Of a DNA stretch of 64,000 bases, positions 59,493 to 64,000 are shown one piece after another. Under the pieces are notes generated by a model. It was given only the letters and a program-made list of their open reading frames with translations. It had not been told where the DNA came from and did no database searches. The stretch is from an uncultured Chloracidobacterium sp. (GTDB taxonomy: Bacteria > Acidobacteriota > Blastocatellia > Pyrinomonadales > Pyrinomonadaceae): assembly GCA_964592865.1 (NCBI GenBank), contig CAZQGN010000013.1:11426-75425 (forward strand). The letters run 5' to 3'. The position numbers were made by a program, and so were the translations under genes. Each line of letters begins with the position of its first letter. The first letter of the stretch is position 1.

Positions 59493-59539
59493 TTTGGTTC
59501 TCCGTATTTTGATCGTGTAATTGTTTCAGTTGGCTGCGA

Positions 59540-62149
59540 CTACATCGAAGGCGTTGGATCGCCAAGTAATACGCTGTCACCTATCAATACGCCATCTCCT
59601 ACGAGAACACCGTCGCCGACGAGCACGCCGTCACCGATCAGAACACCGTCGCCGACGAGTACGCCGTCACCGACCAGAACACCGTCGCCGACTAGCACGC
59701 CGTCACCGACCAGAACACCGTCGCCGACTAGCACGCCGTCACCGACTAGCACGCCGTCACCGACCAGAACACCGTACGACAACCAGATCGAACCGGCACC
59801 GAGGGCACCGCCGTTACTCGTCGTAACATTGCGGTTTACGCCTAGCCCTGCAGTAAAGAACGCGCCCGTGTTGAGCGAAAAGTTGCCGTTTGAGAACCGA
59901 ACACCATCGCTGATGATGTTTTCACGTTTGTAAGCGGCCTGGAATTTTGAAACAAGGTCCGCGCCGGTAACCATTGTGTGGTTGCCGGTGATCATCTGAG
60001 CCCACTGGAAAGTATTGCCGCCGATCGTTGTCGAGGTCGTCGGCATGGTCCAGCCGGCCGGGACAGTCGACGAGCCGTTTGCCGCCGTCTGGAAGTCGAT
60101 ATCCGTGCGGAGCGAGCGAGCCAGCCGAACCGCACCTTCGATATTCAATGCACCCGCACCCTGTTCAAAGGTATTGGCACCTGAGACCGGGCGGGCCGAA
60201 TACTGCATGATCATTTTGATCATTCCCGGCGTGAGGTTCGGATTGACCTGCAGCAAGAGTGCCGCCGCACCGGCTACGACCGGAGCCGACATCGACGTGC
60301 CGCTCATGTACATCATCGAATCATTGTCATTCGTCAGATCGAGTGACAGCGACGGGTTGAGCAATGCCATTCGATTGCTCGGAGCCTTGTAGGACACGAG
60401 GCGGTTACCCGGAGCAACGATGTCGGGCTTGATGATGTTGTCAAACACTTTCCAGCCGGTTGATGTGGTCAGGAAGCTGCGTGTCGGGCCCCGCGAGCTG
60501 AAGCTCGAGATCGTATCGTCAGCAGTCGTCGTTGTTCCCATCGAATTGCTCGATCCGACCGTCAACGCATACGGGCTGATGCCGGGCGAGTGAATACGGC
60601 CATAGGTCTTGGCACCGGTTGCGGTCTTTCCGAGGTTACCCGCGGCAACGACCACGACGATCCCTGCCTGGACCAACTCCTTGACCTTGACGCAGATCGG
60701 ATCGTTGCGATACGAATCGACCGCCGTCGTGCCGAGGCTGAGGTTTGCCACTTTGATGTTGTACTGGACGCGATTCTGAAGGATCCAGTTCAGTCCGTTG
60801 AGGAGCCAGGACGAACTGCCTTCGCCAAGATCGTTAAGTACCTTGACGCTGACGATCTTGGAGTTTCTCGCGACGCCGCGATACGCACCGCTTTGTTTAT
60901 TTGAATCGCCCGCAGCAAGTCCGGCAACGTGCGAACCGTGGCCGTAGCCGTCGGTCGTCGCCGTCAGGGTGCCGCTCGTAAAGTTGACATTAGCGACGAG
61001 ACGCGAGGTGCCACCGCTGGACTTGTAACCGTTATGGTTTGAGGCGATGCCCGAATCGACAATAGCGATACCGATATCGGAACCGTCGAGATTGTAAGCA
61101 GCACGTCCATTGAGTGCCGGCTGTGAGCGGACCAGGTCCGCACCGATCGACTCTTCGACATGGCCGGTCACTGTTGTCGGGCGATCAGGCGAAATGAAGT
61201 TGATGAGGCCGCTTTTCGAAAGCGAATCGAGTGCTGAAAGCGGCAAATTGACGACGATCGTCTCGGTATTGCCGATGCGATCGGTCACACGGGCCTCGCC
61301 GGACTTGAGCAATGAGCGAAGTGCGGCATTGTCGGCGTCCTTGGCCTGGATGATGACATCGACGCGGGTCTTGCCGGTCGGGTCATTCGCCATCATTTCG
61401 CGAAGTTCCGATGAGATATTGTCACCGGCATAACCGTCGCCACTTACAACACTGGCTTCCGTATTGTTCGCTTGGCCCGAAATGATGATGCCCTCGAGTG
61501 CGATCGCCTGAAAAACACCGGCGAACGCTTCGGATCGCTCGATCTTTTCAGCATAGCTCACGCGGGTCGACCCGCCGATGATCGCAAGTTTGCCCGAGGT
61601 GATAGCTCCGAGCAACTGTTCGCCGACCGCCTGCGACTCAAGCAGGTTGGCAATCTCGTTAACGTAAAGGACAGTCTGCTTTCCGGAAGCGGACACCTCA
61701 TTAACGATCGTCCCGATCAGGTCTGTGACCTCCGCATCGGACTTGGCGTTCGAATACAACGCTGCGACCTCAAGTTTGACCACAGAAATGCCCTTCAGAC
61801 TGTCAGGCACGTTCCCGGCGGCAATGCGGCGGGCAACCTGCTCAACAACGGCATCCTGATTCTCGCCCGTGTTATCAACGATAACCGGCTGGCGAAGTCC
61901 ACCTTCAGCTAACACTTTGACGAGACGCGAAGTCTCGCTTTCAAAGTTCAGGTTCTCTCGCAGTCTTCCATTACGGCCAAGCTGCGTAAGATCGGTGGTA
62001 TATTTCGCTGTCGCCGATGCATTGTTGACCGTCTGCGGCGTAAGTGCGGCAAAGGCCGGCACCGCGTTGGTCACCAAGATCGACAACATAAGCACCAGCG
62101 AAACCGCCGTCCTTATGGTCAATATTTTGGTCTTAGACAAACTCATCAT
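59540..62149 (-). CDS. Exported S8 (subtilisin-like) serine peptidase with an N-terminal degenerate ClpB-like AAA+ module and a C-terminal (GDGVLV)12 array
   Basis: Signal peptide ...AVPAFA|A. Catalytic triad contexts IAIVDSGI, GHGSHVAG and GTSMSAPVVAG. See findings for the other modules. Confidence 0.85.
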   Translation of the reverse strand: MMSLSKTKILTIRTAVSLVLMLSILVTNAVPAFAALTPQTVNNASATAKYTTDLTQLGRNGRLRENLNFESETSRLVKVLAEGGLRQPVIVDNTGENQDAVVEQVARRIAAGNVPDSLKGISVVKLEVAALYSNAKSDAEVTDLIGTIVNEVSASGKQTVLYVNEIANLLESQAVGEQLLGAITSGKLAIIGGSTRVSYAEKIERSEAFAGVFQAIALEGIIISGQANNTEASVVSGDGYAGDNISSELREMMANDPTGKTRVDVIIQAKDADNAALRSLLKSGEARVTDRIGNTETIVVNLPLSALDSLSKSGLINFISPDRPTTVTGHVEESIGADLVRSQPALNGRAAYNLDGSDIGIAIVDSGIASNHNGYKSSGGTSRLVANVNFTSGTLTATTDGYGHGSHVAGLAAGDSNKQSGAYRGVARNSKIVSVKVLNDLGEGSSSWLLNGLNWILQNRVQYNIKVANLSLGTTAVDSYRNDPICVKVKELVQAGIVVVVAAGNLGKTATGAKTYGRIHSPGISPYALTVGSSNSMGTTTTADDTISSFSSRGPTRSFLTTSTGWKVFDNIIKPDIVAPGNRLVSYKAPSNRMALLNPSLSLDLTNDNDSMMYMSGTSMSAPVVAGAAALLLQVNPNLTPGMIKMIMQYSARPVSGANTFEQGAGALNIEGAVRLARSLRTDIDFQTAANGSSTVPAGWTMPTTSTTIGGNTFQWAQMITGNHTMVTGADLVSKFQAAYKRENIISDGVRFSNGNFSLNTGAFFTAGLGVNRNVTTSNGGALGAGSIWLSYGVLVGDGVLVGDGVLVGDGVLVGDGVLVGDGVLVGDGVLVGDGVLIGDGVLVGDGVLVGDGVLIGDSVLLGDPTPSM
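59558..59773 (-). repeat. 12 tandem 18-bp units encoding G-V-L-[VI]-G-D
   Basis: Counted from the translation (GVLVGD x7, GVLIGD, GVLVGD x2, GVLIGD, SVLLGD). The units differ at synonymous positions. Confidence 0.95.
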
Positions 62150-62287
62150 TTTTGCTCCTCAAAAACGCGTGTCCTTTTTCTCGAACACCAAAGAAATATG
62201 GCAAATGTCGCCGCCCTTTAATATCAATGCGTGTGCCACAACCGTAAGTCTATTAAATTCACTAGTTAGCATATTACGGTGATGTGA

Positions 62288-62320
62288 ATTCGGTCATTCT
62301 GGTTTTCAGATTGACCGAAT
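62288..62320. promoter_or_regulatory. Inverted repeat ATTCGGTCA-N15-TGACCGAAT upstream of the S8 gene
   Basis: Perfect 9-bp arms. A further TGACCGATGACCGG lies at 62334-62347. Confidence 0.3.
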
Positions 62321-62345
62321 GGCAATGTCAATCTGACCGATGACC

Positions 62346-62375
62346 GGAAAAAAAGAGGGGGCCGTTAGGCCCCCG
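62346..62375 (-). terminator. Rho-independent terminator after GNAT copy 2
   Basis: Minus-strand stem GGGGGCC-uaac-GGCCCCC followed by UCUUUUUUU. Confidence 0.8.
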
Positions 62376-62404
62376 TTTTCAGATCCGGTAATGGTGATCA
62401 ACGA

Positions 62405-63313
62405 TCAGACAAAAAGCGTCACGCATTCGCCGGTCCGGTCAAAGCCGGCTTTTTCGTAGCTGCGATGGGCCGCATCAAAATCGACGTTGCTGAGCAGACA
62501 GATATTGGCGACACGGCCGAGCAGCTCGATCGACAGTTTGCCGAGGCACCGCGAGCCGACGCCCTGTCCGCGATGATCCGGATGGACATAAATGCCCTCG
62601 AGATAGATCGTCTGGTCCGTCTCGGCAATGATATCGGCCTTAAAGATCAGCTTTCCATCCTGGTAAACCGTGAAGATGCGGCCTTGATCGATCCTGCGGG
62701 CGACCCGCTTTAAGAAACCGTCACGGTCACGCTGCATCGGGTCGACGCCGCATTCTATGAAGGCGATCTCGGCCTGTGCGGCGGCGACCTGTTCGAGCTG
62801 GGCCATATTGGCGTTGTCGATATGAAATTCACACACCGGCACTGCCATCGGCAGTCTGGCTTCAAATAACGCCTCGACACAGGTCAGGCGCGGCTCCGAA
62901 GTCCCTCCGGTCAAATATTGATGAAATCGTTGGGCATCGCTGCCGTTCGACATTATTAGGTGTATCGGCGTAGAACTTCGGCGTGCCGCGATCGCCAGAG
63001 CGGTAAGGGCATCTTCGGTTCGGGCCTCGACTAGTGTCGAGTGTCCGATCAGGGCGATACCCTCAAGTTCGCCGGCAGCGTTTCGGTAGCCGAAAAACTC
63101 GCCTCGATGCAACTCGCTGACCATGCCGTTGTCGAGGATAAAGCTCGTCATCACAACGGTTTGCACCGGCCGCACCGCCAGGAACGACAGTGCTTCGCGG
63201 CGGTCCGCTTCAGTCAGGCAACCGACTCGCCCGGATGCCGGTACTTCAACGAGTCGCCTGATCGAGGCCGAGTTGTCAGTGTGCGGTCTAATTTCCGCTA
63301 TATTCTGCAACAT
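62405..63313 (-). CDS. Two-domain GNAT-family N-acetyltransferase (copy 2)
   Basis: Collinear with copy 1 along its whole length, including the shared C-terminus CVTLFV. Acetyl-CoA motif HRGQGVGSR. Confidence 0.75.
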   Translation of the reverse strand: MLQNIAEIRPHTDNSASIRRLVEVPASGRVGCLTEADRREALSFLAVRPVQTVVMTSFILDNGMVSELHRGEFFGYRNAAGELEGIALIGHSTLVEARTEDALTALAIAARRSSTPIHLIMSNGSDAQRFHQYLTGGTSEPRLTCVEALFEARLPMAVPVCEFHIDNANMAQLEQVAAAQAEIAFIECGVDPMQRDRDGFLKRVARRIDQGRIFTVYQDGKLIFKADIIAETDQTIYLEGIYVHPDHRGQGVGSRCLGKLSIELLGRVANICLLSNVDFDAAHRSYEKAGFDRTGECVTLFV

Positions 63314-63359
63314 TGTCTTGTCTCCTTACATTTGTCCCTATAATTATGTAATTCAACAA

Positions 63360-64000
63360 TTATTTCATTGCCGCGGTGTTGTCCCCGGTGATCTCGACCT
63401 TATTTGCCAGCGACGTTGTCACGTCCCCAACAAGCACGCCGTCACCAACCAGGACACCATCTCCGACCAAAACACCGTCGCCGACCAGAACGCCGTCACC
63501 GACGAGCACTCCGTCGCCGACCAGGACGCCCGAGGCCATCATTACGGTTCCGCCGCCCATCGCCGTGCCGTTGCTCGTCAGCACATTCTTGAACATCGTG
63601 ATGCCCGTTCCAAACCAGGAATTGAGCGACGGGTTGTTCGAGGCGTCATAACTGACGCCATCCTCGAACCAGAAATAGTTGGCGTATGCCTGATGGTACT
63701 TGTCGGCAAGCGACTGGCCCTTGAGGTAGGTCGCGTTGGTGAGAATGCCCTGGGCCCACGGGAATGTAGTTCCCGCGATCGTGCTGGTCGCGACCGGAAA
63801 TGCCTGGCCGGACTGCAATAGGCTGGTACCCTGAGCGTAGTCGTTAAAGTCAGTATCGAACTTGTACGTCCGCCCGATCTTGATCGCACCGTCGATGTTC
63901 AACTGCCCGGCGCCCTGCTCCAGCATATTTACACCGTTCAGCGGTTGAGCCGAATATTCGAGGATCATCTTGACCATCGTCGGGGTCAGCTTCGGATTCA
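63360..64000 (-). CDS. S8-peptidase paralogue, C-terminal part only (5' end beyond the window), with a (GDGVLV)6 array
   Basis: Alignable to the C-terminal ~200 aa of 59540-62149 (EQGAG.LNI.GA, TF.WAQ, LTSNG). The frame is open to the window edge. Confidence 0.8.
   Translation of the reverse strand, partial: NPKLTPTMVKMILEYSAQPLNGVNMLEQGAGQLNIDGAIKIGRTYKFDTDFNDYAQGTSLLQSGQAFPVATSTIAGTTFPWAQGILTNATYLKGQSLADKYHQAYANYFWFEDGVSYDASNNPSLNSWFGTGITMFKNVLTSNGTAMGGGTVMMASGVLVGDGVLVGDGVLVGDGVLVGDGVLVGDGVLVGDVTTSLANKVEITGDNTAAMK
63423..63530 (-). repeat. 6 tandem 18-bp units encoding GVLVGD
   Basis: Counted from the translation ASGVLVGD(GVLVGD)5. Confidence 0.95.

Noticed and set aside
59521-59826. Arg/His-rich ORF (HRRRRARRHRSEHRRR...), plus the Pro/Thr-rich ORF at 63376-63651 (TSPTSTPSPTRTPSPTKTPSPT).
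   Set aside because: Both are opposite-strand readings of the 18-bp hexapeptide-coding repeats of the S8 genes. Their periodicity is inherited from those repeats.

Overview
This is a 64 kb GC-rich bacterial chromosomal segment, densely coded on both strands. I found no rRNA, tRNA, CRISPR array, transposase or integrase. All calls come from reading the translated ORFs and the raw DNA for family signature motifs. No database search was run, so every family name is motif-level recognition, and composition statements are by eye.

**Likely source.** The gene content suggests an Acidobacteriota-like soil bacterium (inference). It includes a VWFA protein of the acidobacterial TIGR03436 type, an FG-GAP propeller, a GH92 mannosidase, many Sec-exported proteins and a Bacillus-type fadN/fadA/fadE set.

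**Housekeeping genes (most of the window):**
- hldA/hldC, rsmE, DAHP synthase and pheA
- a fatty-acid beta-oxidation cluster, ybaK, tag, plsC
- miaA-hfq-tmk-holB, ispG-rseP-dxr, hisS, murJ, dacB
- two c-di-GMP turnover proteins

**Loci that stand out:**
1. A visibly lower-GC island at about 33.4-37.1 kb lies next to a higBA module and two tandem-repeat arrays. It carries an EcoRI-methylase-like N6-adenine methyltransferase overlapping (GTGA) a DUF262(ParB-like)-HNH nuclease, plus a small ORF and a zinc-ribbon membrane protein. This is my best candidate for an undescribed R-M-like or defence system.
2. A diverged tandem duplication of a two-gene cassette lies at 58.6-64.0 kb. Each cassette has an exported S8 subtilase and a two-domain GNAT, and each subtilase ends in a (GDGVLV)n hexapeptide array. 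The complete subtilase also carries a catalytically dead ClpB-like AAA+ D1 module behind a signal peptide.
3. A PolB-exonuclease-like DEDDy protein overlaps (ATGA) a beta-class SPPY DNA methyltransferase at 4.4-6.1 kb.
4. A HinP1I/MspI-like restriction-endonuclease homologue has a signal peptide and no adjacent methyltransferase (30.3-31.1 kb).

**Smaller signals:** a perfect 20-bp TGAATGA-type palindrome upstream of fadN, a C12-T-C5 homopolymer at the 5' end of a DUF4442 gene, a dispersed CTCTGCG-type intergenic element, and a GTATAG/CTATAC inverted repeat shared by the higBA and hfq upstream regions.
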